NCBI RefSeq assembly: GCF_000025925.1
Contig: NC_014033.1
Span: 2,100,001 to 2,132,000 of the forward strand
Length of the DNA: 32,000 nucleotides
Source of the DNA: Xylanibacter ruminicola 23
Lineage (GTDB): Bacteria > Bacteroidota > Bacteroidia > Bacteroidales > Bacteroidaceae
Direction of reading: 5' to 3'
The notes under the pieces are model-generated. The model made no database searches. It was not told the DNA's origin and saw nothing but the letters and a program-made list of their open reading frames with translations. A program made the position numbers and the translations under genes. Shown piece after piece: positions 23,377 through 32,000 of this stretch (its first letter is position 1; each line of letters starts with the position of its first letter).

Positions 23377-24300
23377 CTATAACTCAACTTGCATTTTTTT
23401 TATATCCCCGTCATTAACATTTCCTTTCAAGCGGCCTAGGAACCTTCTTCCTGATTCTTTATAATCAAAGAAAACTCGAGATAGGGGTGTTTGCCAGAAA
23501 TACATAACAAAAGCCGCAATGAACTTCCTCTTAGAAAGTCCTTTCAGGTTAAACAGTGGCCCTAAACGATTCATCCAATACTTTGTACTAATACCGTTTT
23601 CTTTCAAGAATCTGTTAACCGTTTCTACTACAAAAATGCGTGCCTCAACAATATCCAAGGTTAGTCTTGTGCATATTGAGCCTCGCCTCACAGTACAACA
23701 ATAAACCGCATCAGGGCAAAATTTAACCTTTTCTGCAAAGACCCCAGCGCACGCAGCAAAGAATGCATCATTAGAAGCAGCAACTTCCTGAAATTGAATT
23801 TTATGTTTTCTAATCATTTCGTGACGAAACATTTTCCCCCATACAGTATGATGACAATAACGTAGTATATTCTCGTCATAACGTTCCTTAAACATACTAA
23901 CAATATTTTCCCTATTTTCAACAGGGGCAAGAGTGTCAGACAAAACAGAATTTGTATCAAACACTATCAAATCAGCATCCGAACGGGTATATTCATCAAT
24001 AAAGTCAGAAAGACCTTTATTAAAGAAATCATCGGAATCTGCAAAGAGTATCCATTCTCCTTCTGCATGTCTTAAACCTACATTTCTGGCACCGCCCCCC
24101 CCCAAATCCTCTTTTGAAAACACATGGAATACGTTTTTCCTGCCTTTACCAGGAAAGTTATCGAAGTCTACAGAATTACGATCACTGTTATCATCGACAA
24201 TTACAATCTTGATATCATCCCTATTGGGAATTGAATCAATACAACGTTGAAGCAATGATGGAACGTTCTTGTGGGGTATAATAATTGTTATCTTGTACAT
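23377..24300 (-). CDS. Glycosyltransferase family 2 (GT-A)
   Basis: N-terminal IIIPHKNVPSLLQRCIDSI, VDDNSD and ADSDD (DxD) motifs. Contains a G9 tract (24095-24103 on the plus strand as C9). Confidence 0.8.
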   Translation of the reverse strand: MYKITIIIPHKNVPSLLQRCIDSIPNRDDIKIVIVDDNSDRNSVDFDNFPGKGRKNVFHVFSKEDLGGGGARNVGLRHAEGEWILFADSDDFFNKGLSDFIDEYTRSDADLIVFDTNSVLSDTLAPVENRENIVSMFKERYDENILRYCHHTVWGKMFRHEMIRKHKIQFQEVAASNDAFFAACAGVFAEKVKFCPDAVYCCTVRRGSICTRLTLDIVEARIFVVETVNRFLKENGISTKYWMNRLGPLFNLKGLSKRKFIAAFVMYFWQTPLSRVFFDYKESGRRFLGRLKGNVNDGDIKKMQVEL

Positions 24301-25145
24301 TTCCTAAAAACATATAATCTCGGACATAACGCATACAAATTTTGTATAAGAAAAACTCTCAATGCCTTGCAAACACCTAGGTGTCTCTTGCAAAATAAAA
24401 AAGACATTATTGCAGAGTATTTTTTAGAATAGAGTAAGTTTATCCTTTCGTGAAGCCTATATTTCGAATTAAGAAACGGTTCTATATCATGATCATGCCG
24501 TTCAGTAATTCCAACAAAATTAGTAGACAAAAAAACATTAAAGCCTTTTTTCAATGCTCTACACCCGTAGTCCCAATCTCCAAATGAATGTGAAAATGTA
24601 CCATCTATAATACCAATACGCCTCACTACTATAGCAGGAATAAGTACGAGATTTCCATTCATTAAGAAAATAGGTAGCATATTCCCATTAGGGGATAATA
24701 ATCGGTTATCTTGGTCTCGACCACCATATGAAGCTTTGCCTTCCATGTCACAAAAGGCCCCACTAATAACAGAGCCTCCACCTGATTTATAATAAGACTC
24801 GAACATAGTCACCAAGGCCCCTTCATATAAATCAGCATCATCATTAAACCAGAGAAAAAAATCATAAATTACACCTGATTCTATTGCCTCTTTCCAGGCC
24901 AAACGCATGCCGCCACTCCAAAATAAACTACCATTCCCTTGAATAATATGAACTGTCGGAAAACCATTAGCTACAGCTTCACTCGTACCATCTGTGCAAC
25001 CATCATCTACCATATAGATGTCAAAACTATAATCACCACCCAAGTAATCAATCGCATTGAATAACGATTGAAGTCCTTTGAGCGTAACCTCTCGTCTATT
25101 GAAGACTGTTAACAATACAGCAATTTCGTTTCTCTTCATGCTCAA
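24288..25145 (-). CDS. Glycosyltransferase family 2-like (GT-A)
   Basis: VLLTVFNRREVTLKGLQSL, VDDGCTDGTSE and NDDADL motifs. 285 aa. Overlaps the downstream gene by 13 nt. Confidence 0.75.
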   Translation of the reverse strand: MSMKRNEIAVLLTVFNRREVTLKGLQSLFNAIDYLGGDYSFDIYMVDDGCTDGTSEAVANGFPTVHIIQGNGSLFWSGGMRLAWKEAIESGVIYDFFLWFNDDADLYEGALVTMFESYYKSGGGSVISGAFCDMEGKASYGGRDQDNRLLSPNGNMLPIFLMNGNLVLIPAIVVRRIGIIDGTFSHSFGDWDYGCRALKKGFNVFLSTNFVGITERHDHDIEPFLNSKYRLHERINLLYSKKYSAIMSFLFCKRHLGVCKALRVFLIQNLYALCPRLYVFRKCTR

Positions 25146-25164
25146 GACTTTAATAGAAATCGTA

Positions 25165-26166
25165 TTATTTTGGCAAGCGAATCTTTATTTTATTCATTAA
25201 TTCTTCTCTTTCTCTATCACGTTCTTTCTTTGCATTTTTATTAACAACATAAGAGAAGATTTCACTAAAACTCATTTTGAGAAGTTTTTTTATCTGCTTT
25301 TTTTTATTCATTAAATAAAAAGACATATTATAAGGGAACATCGGCTGATGAAAAATTTCAAAAGAAGCCATATCCAAGTCGAAAGACATCTCACGCAAAT
25401 GCCTATCAGAAATATTCCGACCAGCGATAAATCCCGCTTCTCGAAATGTATTTAAATGCCTTGGTTTATATGCTGAAGGATGTTTGATAGCACAATAGTT
25501 TCCATATGTTTCAAATTCAGAAAAGGTTGGCAAAGGTGTACTGTAGTCTCCCGCTGCCATTATTTTTTCCACCCAGTCATCTCCTGCAACATCTGAAGAA
25601 TCGATTGCCTGTAACAACTCACGCATATATTCCGAAGAGAACATCATCGATTCTGAAATAAATGAATTGTCAACAACTTTTCCTATGCCCAACAATTTCT
25701 CCATCGCAACAAAGTAATTGGGATTATATTCCGATTTCGGGTTATAAAGGATACTTTCCTCATCAAAATAAGATATTGGAGCCAAAGGCAATGTATCACT
25801 ATCCCAACTAAGATAGAATTTTCCACATAATGAAGAAACAGAAAAACCCATTTTAAGAAATTGTTGGAAATACCATCCTGTCCTATTCACCCTATCAGGA
25901 GCGTATTTCACTAACAATTGTTTGACTCTGTCAAATGATAAATTGGGAATAAGATGATCTTCATCTATTATTTGACATTGTTCATATAAACTCAGTTTTT
26001 TCCCTACATAAGTTATATTTTTATTAGCAGTAATAATATATATATTGTTTATATTAACCAAGCAACGATTTATATATGAGACGACACGTGATATAAAACT
26101 AATATCATCTGGCCCCAGCGGTATAATAACGTCAAATATAACTTGAGAATCTTTTTGCTTACACAT
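25165..26166 (-). CDS. Hypothetical polysaccharide-locus protein, 333 aa, possibly a GT-A-like nucleotide-sugar transferase
   Basis: N-terminal FDVIIPLGPDD beta-alpha-beta-like start and a WDSDT (DxD-like) motif. The function is a guess from context. Confidence 0.6.
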   Translation of the reverse strand: MCKQKDSQVIFDVIIPLGPDDISFISRVVSYINRCLVNINNIYIITANKNITYVGKKLSLYEQCQIIDEDHLIPNLSFDRVKQLLVKYAPDRVNRTGWYFQQFLKMGFSVSSLCGKFYLSWDSDTLPLAPISYFDEESILYNPKSEYNPNYFVAMEKLLGIGKVVDNSFISESMMFSSEYMRELLQAIDSSDVAGDDWVEKIMAAGDYSTPLPTFSEFETYGNYCAIKHPSAYKPRHLNTFREAGFIAGRNISDRHLREMSFDLDMASFEIFHQPMFPYNMSFYLMNKKKQIKKLLKMSFSEIFSYVVNKNAKKERDREREELMNKIKIRLPK

Positions 26167-26204
26167 ACTTTTTACATATTAAAATATTGACAAAATATCA
26201 AATA

Positions 26205-27449
26205 TCACCTTTTATATAAAGGAATTGATGGCAATAAAGAGTTAAACCATTTTTCTATTTGTTTATCAGACAAATATCTAAATCGCTTTGAATAACACAT
26301 CGCAATTAGCAACCATAAATCAACATCATAAATAAGAAAGTTATTAACATCTTCAATCCAACCAAAAGACCATCTAAAAGCTACAAAACAACCTATCATT
26401 GGAACTATTTTATTTCTCGACTTATATAATGCCAAGTATGAACCTCTCATATATATTAGCGAGAAAAGGATTAGTCCAATAATCCCGCACCATAAGAAAA
26501 TATTTGCAAGTACCATCTCATTTTTATGACGTTCACCTTTATTAAAAGGATTATAACTATTATAACCATATTCAATCAATACCCAGCTGTAATTAACCTT
26601 AAATCCACGAGCCGGGCTGCACCCCCAAAGAATCTGGTTATTATCTTTCATCGATTGTATAATATCCACGTATAAGAGGCTACGTGTATCCTTAAATTCA
26701 TATTCTCTACTTTTATTATTATCTATAGATACCCAAGCATATGACCGACCTGTTAATGCATCCCATGTATCTGAAAAAGCAAATAGAAAGATAAATGCAA
26801 CCAATAAATAACCAATCAAATGAGAAACCTTTAATATCCGTTGATAATATATATATGATCTAAAACATAACCCTAATCCGATTGTCAACGCGACAAGTCC
26901 TTTAACAAATTGAGCACGAGCTTCAACAGCATTGACAAGCATATAAACCACACCAACAATTATTATAACATACTTTATCTTCCCTTTATATAAAGGAAAT
27001 GTACAAAATAACACAAGAAGCGGTGAGAAATAAAACTGAGTAAATTGGCAAGAGCTCCCGAACAAGACAAAATATAATAATATGGCATATGAATACCAAC
27101 ATCTAAAAATAGAGCCTGCAACCTTCGGATTATAAAACAAATATATATAAAGAGGCATCATCATGCCTATAGTTCCTACTGCCAATTGTTTATATTCACG
27201 TTCATTATCAGCCACTATAAAACCTCTAATTACCTCAAAAAACACCCAAATAAACCATATCTTAATTATTAACGGTTGTTCTCTTTTAGGGCACAGTGTA
27301 TCTTTAAATATGACGATTAAAATAATTATGGGGATTTGAACTGCAAATTGAACAGCCAAAGACGCCTCTCCTCTAATATTTAATGCCGATATTAGCGAAA
27401 GGAGAAGTATCAATATTTCGAAATAATAAACGAGTTTTCTATTTCTCAT
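26205..27449 (-). CDS. Polytopic membrane protein, O-antigen/capsule polymerase (Wzy)-like
   Basis: 414 aa with about 10 hydrophobic segments, sitting among glycosyltransferases. The assignment comes from topology and context. Confidence 0.6.
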   Translation of the reverse strand: MRNRKLVYYFEILILLLSLISALNIRGEASLAVQFAVQIPIIILIVIFKDTLCPKREQPLIIKIWFIWVFFEVIRGFIVADNEREYKQLAVGTIGMMMPLYIYLFYNPKVAGSIFRCWYSYAILLYFVLFGSSCQFTQFYFSPLLVLFCTFPLYKGKIKYVIIIVGVVYMLVNAVEARAQFVKGLVALTIGLGLCFRSYIYYQRILKVSHLIGYLLVAFIFLFAFSDTWDALTGRSYAWVSIDNNKSREYEFKDTRSLLYVDIIQSMKDNNQILWGCSPARGFKVNYSWVLIEYGYNSYNPFNKGERHKNEMVLANIFLWCGIIGLILFSLIYMRGSYLALYKSRNKIVPMIGCFVAFRWSFGWIEDVNNFLIYDVDLWLLIAMCYSKRFRYLSDKQIEKWFNSLLPSIPLYKR

Positions 27450-27502
27450 AAAACCAATTTTACCAATAACACCGTTATTCTATAGAAATGCAATACAAAA
27501 AC

Positions 27503-28696
27503 TCACTGCTTTAGTATCTTATAATATACATTCATAACATCATTCACAATTGTATTTGGATTGTGTCTATTGATTGCGACCTTACGTCCTTCTGTTCCTA
27601 TTCGTGTAGCCAAGTTCTTATCTGAGAATATATCTGAAACGTATGATGCAGACATATAAGGATCATTGGCTGGGAGTAAAATTCCATTCTCCATATGCTT
27701 GATTAGAGAAGACACCCCACCAACGTGATTTGCTATTACAGGTATACCCAACACTTGAGCCTCACAGACGGTATTTGGACTATTTTCAATATAGGAGGGG
27801 TGCACAAAAACGTCTGCGTCAGTCACTGCGTCTACTAATCCTACCGCATTAATAATGCCACAAATACATATATTTACATCTTTGGCTTTAATGCCACACA
27901 ACTTTTCCCAGACCTTCATGTCTTTCACACCATAGACCTTCCATTCAAAGTCAGCAGCAATATCTTCTTTCAATATTTTTGCAGTCCTCAATATGACATC
28001 TCCGCCTTTATAAATCGGTGCAGATATTACACTTACAATAATCTTTTTACTCCTGTCATGATAAGTCCAGATCTTGGGAGAATGATAAATCTCAGGTCTT
28101 AACATCTCACTACAATAGAAATACTTGCTGTCTGGAGACAGAATCGCAGAAACTCTTTTATCCATCTCTGTTCGTCCCATCAAAAATTTACAAGAATTGA
28201 GTATGCTTTTTTCTGTGGAACACCGATGCTGAATATATGCTCTCTCATTCCAATGTTTGGGACACATTCTAATATACTTTCCCCATGACATATTTTGTGG
28301 CAACCATGCTCCATAAAGGAAGTTCATTATCCCCTGAAGGTGGAGAACAACTGGTATTTTAGTTACAGATGCAACCATCCCCCCCGTGTGTTCGGAGCCA
28401 AAGACATGAATAATATCCGGTTGAAATTTGTCTACGATTTGTCTCATTACAAGTATCTGACTTTTCAATTTCCGTTGATAGCCAATACTTTTAAGCTTAA
28501 TGGTAGGAATGCCATAAATCTTTACGCCCCCTATTTGGTCTTCAAAATAATCCTTCCAAGGTATAGCCATCGCCAAATCCATTTCTGGGTGTTTCGCTAT
28601 TAATTCTCTAGCTAATGCGCCAGTCCAGCCTCCACCATTATATTTATTATCAGAAGCATATATTGCTCCATTACCAGGAAACCAAAGAACTTTCAT
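27503..28696 (-). CDS. Glycosyltransferase family 4 (GT-B)
   Basis: ENSPNTVCEAQVLGIPVIANHVGGVSSLI motif. 397 aa. Contains a G7 tract (plus-strand C7 at 28379-28385). Confidence 0.8.
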   Translation of the reverse strand: MKVLWFPGNGAIYASDNKYNGGGWTGALARELIAKHPEMDLAMAIPWKDYFEDQIGGVKIYGIPTIKLKSIGYQRKLKSQILVMRQIVDKFQPDIIHVFGSEHTGGMVASVTKIPVVLHLQGIMNFLYGAWLPQNMSWGKYIRMCPKHWNERAYIQHRCSTEKSILNSCKFLMGRTEMDKRVSAILSPDSKYFYCSEMLRPEIYHSPKIWTYHDRSKKIIVSVISAPIYKGGDVILRTAKILKEDIAADFEWKVYGVKDMKVWEKLCGIKAKDVNICICGIINAVGLVDAVTDADVFVHPSYIENSPNTVCEAQVLGIPVIANHVGGVSSLIKHMENGILLPANDPYMSASYVSDIFSDKNLATRIGTEGRKVAINRHNPNTIVNDVMNVYYKILKQ

Positions 28697-28699
28697 AAA

Positions 28700-29788
28700 T
28701 TATAAGAACAAAACCAATTTATTATACAATTTCCATATTATATAGGACATAATCCATGTTAAAAGAAGCCATGCTATAACACTATTAATTCCCGCGTAAA
28801 CTATTAGAGTATAGCAAATCCGAGCATGTAATAAATAGAAAAAATAGCTCATACCTCCTAAAAGCATAATGCTTTGACCTTTAACAACAAAGTGTCTATT
28901 AATTATTGCCCCCCCCAACAATAAACTTATGGCCATGAAGGAACCGAACAACATTATTTTGCTTTCCATTAATAAAGTTGTACAAAGCATAAAAGACATC
29001 AGCAGAGGAACCCACTTGTTCCTATATGTTTTCCATTTTGCAATAACATGACTTACAAAAAATATCCAACAATATCTAAAGAAGTGCCCTTCTGGTCTAC
29101 CAAAATAATAGAATGCCCAAACATAATAAAGACACATCAGGATGAAGAGGTATGTGGTTTGATTAAACCTAGTGTATCGCTCCAGCAACAGTGATAAATA
29201 AAATAAACTGTAAAATATTATAATGCATAGCACATACCAATCTTTCCATCCAAGCATATGAGGCCATATATTGTTTAGGCTATCTAATGATAGATGATGA
29301 AGATAATAGATGTCTTTAGACACCCATAGTTGTTCAAACTCGTCAAGCGAATATACTGATGGTAAAAATGCATACCCTATAGTGCATATTATACAACAAA
29401 ACAACAATGGCAAGTAAACTTTCTTTATTCTTCTTAGCCAAATAAAAATAATATTTTCATTGTCTTTCATCGTTTTCAAAGACAACCCATATCCAGAAAA
29501 AAACATAAACCATACCAATGCAATAGTTGCTAAAAAATGCTGAATTGCCCAGGAGACCCCCAAAGGCTGTTCCGTAACAAAACGTCGCTGCCCCCAATGT
29601 CCCATTAATATCATGACACATGCCATGCCTTTCATGGCCTGTGACATATTGATATCTATAGTGAATTCGCCTTGCAATGCCACTGTTCGCTTTGAGAGCG
29701 AACAAATAAGAAGCACTGCAAATACAGCAATAATCAGCAGATATTCTATATCATAGAATGTAAATGTATACATAATATTGATATACAA
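28700..29788 (-). CDS. Acyltransferase family 3 (membrane O-acetyltransferase)
   Basis: 362 aa, polytopic, with an N-terminal MKGMACVMILMGHWG-type motif. Contains a G8 tract (plus-strand C8 at 28909-28916). Confidence 0.7.
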   Translation of the reverse strand: MYINIMYTFTFYDIEYLLIIAVFAVLLICSLSKRTVALQGEFTIDINMSQAMKGMACVMILMGHWGQRRFVTEQPLGVSWAIQHFLATIALVWFMFFSGYGLSLKTMKDNENIIFIWLRRIKKVYLPLLFCCIICTIGYAFLPSVYSLDEFEQLWVSKDIYYLHHLSLDSLNNIWPHMLGWKDWYVLCIIIFYSLFYLSLLLERYTRFNQTTYLFILMCLYYVWAFYYFGRPEGHFFRYCWIFFVSHVIAKWKTYRNKWVPLLMSFMLCTTLLMESKIMLFGSFMAISLLLGGAIINRHFVVKGQSIMLLGGMSYFFYLLHARICYTLIVYAGINSVIAWLLLTWIMSYIIWKLYNKLVLFL

Positions 29789-29794
29789 ATGGAA

Positions 29795-30808
29795 TTAAGT
29801 GTTTTTATATCTGCGGGTTAAATTATCACCCACGTTTTCCCATGAATAGTTTTTCTGAATGAAAGTAGCCAAAGGAGTATTAGTCTCACTACTCATCGTT
29901 CGGATAATAGATGATAGTGATGCTTCAACCTTCATAGGACATAGCGACACGTATTGCTCTGGAATATAACTATTATCTTGGAAATCCGACGAAATTACGA
30001 TATTACATCCACATGCAGAAGCTTCTAAAAGTGAATTATTTGCCGTATACCGTTTTAACGGCAAAAACAGAACTGAGCAACGTTGATATAAGTCACGAAG
30101 CTCATCGTCTGATATCCCTGAAAGACACTGGATGCGAGAATCCTTCGTTAGGCATTCCACTCTTTTAGGCATTGCTACCACAACTATCTTCAGTTCACTA
30201 TCCTGCTTGAGCAATTGTTGATAGACTTTGTCTGCAAACTCATAGTCGCGAAGCCAATTGCCAACTGTTAACAGCATTCGCTCTTTCTTAATCATAGAGT
30301 CAGGACAATAGAAGTCTGTTCTGATGCCATGTGGGATAAACGTTACAATACCGTTACTGACAAGTTCACGGAAACCGTCAAGTTCGCTTTTCCCCACAAG
30401 AACAACTTCATCCATTGATTTCAGTCTCTTTTTCCAAAGGTTATTCTGAAACCATTCCAAGGGCTGATGTAATGTGCATACTATTTTATTACCTTTACGG
30501 ATAAAAGGTTTAATGTTGTAATAGATGTTTTCACCGTATATAAAATGAAATGTTACATCGTTTCTTTTTATGCCAAGAATGATACATTTCAAAAGGAACC
30601 ATGGTATTACAGGGCGAGATGTAAATTTCCATACAACATGCCTGAATATCCTATCGAAAATATTCTTAGGTTTTCTGCTAACATGTTCAATGAAACTACT
30701 ACAGTCTATCTTAACATCATAATCAACATAGTCAGCTATCTGATGATAGCCTGCATGTGTTCCTTTATGATGCTCAAACGGAAATCCTATGTATACTAAT
30801 TTTCTCAT
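29795..30808 (-). CDS. Glycosyltransferase, GT-B (GT4/GT1-like)
   Basis: C-terminal ANNSLLEASACGCNIVISS motif. 337 aa. Confidence 0.65.
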   Translation of the reverse strand: MRKLVYIGFPFEHHKGTHAGYHQIADYVDYDVKIDCSSFIEHVSRKPKNIFDRIFRHVVWKFTSRPVIPWFLLKCIILGIKRNDVTFHFIYGENIYYNIKPFIRKGNKIVCTLHQPLEWFQNNLWKKRLKSMDEVVLVGKSELDGFRELVSNGIVTFIPHGIRTDFYCPDSMIKKERMLLTVGNWLRDYEFADKVYQQLLKQDSELKIVVVAMPKRVECLTKDSRIQCLSGISDDELRDLYQRCSVLFLPLKRYTANNSLLEASACGCNIVISSDFQDNSYIPEQYVSLCPMKVEASLSSIIRTMSSETNTPLATFIQKNYSWENVGDNLTRRYKNT

Positions 30809-30827
30809 ATATATTTAGTTTTTACCG

Positions 30828-31010
30828 GTAAACTGTCAATTTTGACGTCCTGGCATGAAAACCACCATTGACTATTTGTCGAAACTGCTTGCGTTCGCAT
30901 TGTCCTCATTCTTAAAACGAGACCTCATCGTTTCTTTAGTACGCTTCGCTCGTCGAAGAAAGGTATCATTTTCCCACTTCATACACAAGACGTCAAAATT
31001 GACAGTTTAC
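30828..31010. mobile_element. MITE-like element (~183 bp) with perfect 21-22 bp terminal inverted repeats, in the wzx-GT intergenic region
   Basis: (G)TAAACTGTCAATTTTGACGTC at 30828-30849 and its exact reverse complement at 30989-31010. If the repeat proper starts at AACTG, it is flanked by TA on both sides. It shares the core gcttcgctcgtc[a/g]aagaaaggta with the element at 6412-6749. Confidence 0.5.
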
Positions 31011-31011
31011 A

Positions 31012-32000
31012 TTATTTCTGCGAAAAATTCAGGAATCGCGTCAACTTACTAGTAATATTTCTTCTTAAATATAACAAAACTGTCTTTCTTTCGATTGTAT
31101 TGAGGCCGATTATATATATAGCAAGAATGCTAGTAAAAAAACATGCAACACAATTGATCACTAACCTTGTAATACTTTCCCCTACCATATAACGTATAGA
31201 TATTGGGATAATAGCTACAACGCCTGTTGTAAAAAAACATCTTATAACAACGTCAATGATGTACTCCTTAAAAGGAAATCCCGTTTTATCATTAACAACA
31301 TAAAACCTCACAAATATTAGAGAAAATGATATGACAAAAGCAATAACAAAGCAGGTTATCGCCGGCATTCCATGATAAAATGCGAACCATGATAGTGGGA
31401 ACAACAAACTGTTTACCGCAGACGTTATTATTTGGTATTTTTTTATATCCCCATGTGCCATCTGTATATAGTACAAAATATTGGATATCACAGTTGTTAA
31501 ACTTGCTGCTATAGTCCAGCGTACGAACGGCACAGATTGATCAGGTGGGTTTTTTAGCCATATTTTCAAAATTATATCCGTTTCTGCCATAATCGGAAAC
31601 GCGAGTACAAATGTTAAAAAAAAAGCAAATTTAGAACTCATGCATGTTAGATTGAATGATGAATTTATTTCTCCAGAGGCGTATGACTTCGTTATCTGAG
31701 GTTGTGCCGCCATCACAAAGTTCGTAACAAATTGTTGTATTACGTTATTCACTTGCACCGCTATACCGCGTGCAGCGTTCACGGCAACTCCGAAATATAC
31801 ATTGATGAGTAGATTAATTCCTTGATTATTAATATATACCATACCGTTTCCCATAAAATTCCATCCTACGAAAGATAACATTTCTTTTAAAAGTGGTATA
31901 TCTATCGAAAACTGGTATTTGCATTCATCAAAATGCTTAGTACAATAATGTCCATATACTATACGAACTAACAAGGCTACAATTAGAAGAAGAACAGAAT
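31012..32000 (-). CDS. wzx: Polysaccharide flippase (Wzx, MOP superfamily), 5'-truncated by the window edge
   Basis: Polytopic C-terminal half typical of Wzx. The track start at 31974 is a TTG, and the frame stays open and hydrophobic (..SVLLLIVA) up to nt 32000, so the true start is outside the window. Confidence 0.65.
   Translation of the reverse strand, partial: SVLLLIVALLVRIVYGHYCTKHFDECKYQFSIDIPLLKEMLSFVGWNFMGNGMVYINNQGINLLINVYFGVAVNAARGIAVQVNNVIQQFVTNFVMAAQPQITKSYASGEINSSFNLTCMSSKFAFFLTFVLAFPIMAETDIILKIWLKNPPDQSVPFVRWTIAASLTTVISNILYYIQMAHGDIKKYQIITSAVNSLLFPLSWFAFYHGMPAITCFVIAFVISFSLIFVRFYVVNDKTGFPFKEYIIDVVIRCFFTTGVVAIIPISIRYMVGESITRLVINCVACFFTSILAIYIIGLNTIERKTVLLYLRRNITSKLTRFLNFSQK

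Noticed and set aside
29457-29705. 82-aa minus-strand ORF inside the acyltransferase gene (other frame); similar short internal or antisense ORFs at 3535..3792, 4197..4439, 6131..6316, 10452..10661, 12064..12940, 17478..17969, 20172..20917 and 22849..24250
   Set aside because: All are nested in or antisense to much longer ORFs with recognisable motifs or coherent membrane topology, and have no independent support.

Overview
AT-rich segment that looks Bacteroidales-like. That assignment is an inference from TAnnTTTG-type promoter boxes, the lack of Shine-Dalgarno sequences and the gene content. The window has three parts. (i) nt 1-6400: a large adenosine-deaminase-fold gene on the minus strand, cut at its 3' end by the window edge and absent from the ORF track. 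It faces a plus-strand trio of uncharacterised membrane and small proteins. (ii) nt 6400-20070: an accessory, defence-island-like region scarred by mobile elements. It holds a MITE-like element abutting a truncated IS21 copy, then a tightly coupled four-gene operon (MBL-fold hydrolase, trypsin-like protease, small acidic protein, zinc-hook SMC/Rad50-like ABC ATPase). This operon resembles Lamassu / ABC-3C with an extra MBL gene. An intact IS21-family element (istA/istB, 6-bp target duplication) sits in the operon's leader. Two further cassettes follow: a 205-aa PD-(D/E)xK-like gene, and a 289-aa / 4-TM / NdpA-like / 88-aa cluster. Both cassettes begin with the same ~210-bp leader and the same first 8 codons. 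(iii) nt 20078-32000: the distal part of a capsule/O-antigen-type polysaccharide locus, all on the minus strand. It encodes an epimerase, six glycosyltransferase-like genes, a Wzy-like protein, an acyltransferase and a Wzx flippase, and it carries a second MITE-like insert and G7-G9 tracts inside three genes. I found no rRNA, tRNA or CRISPR array. The best candidates for an undescribed system are the two-effector Lamassu-like operon (7067-12892) and the leader-sharing 289-aa/4-TM/NdpA-like cluster (16937-19867). The deaminase and the 2631-6403 trio are secondary candidates. All functional calls rest on motifs read by eye; no database search was possible.
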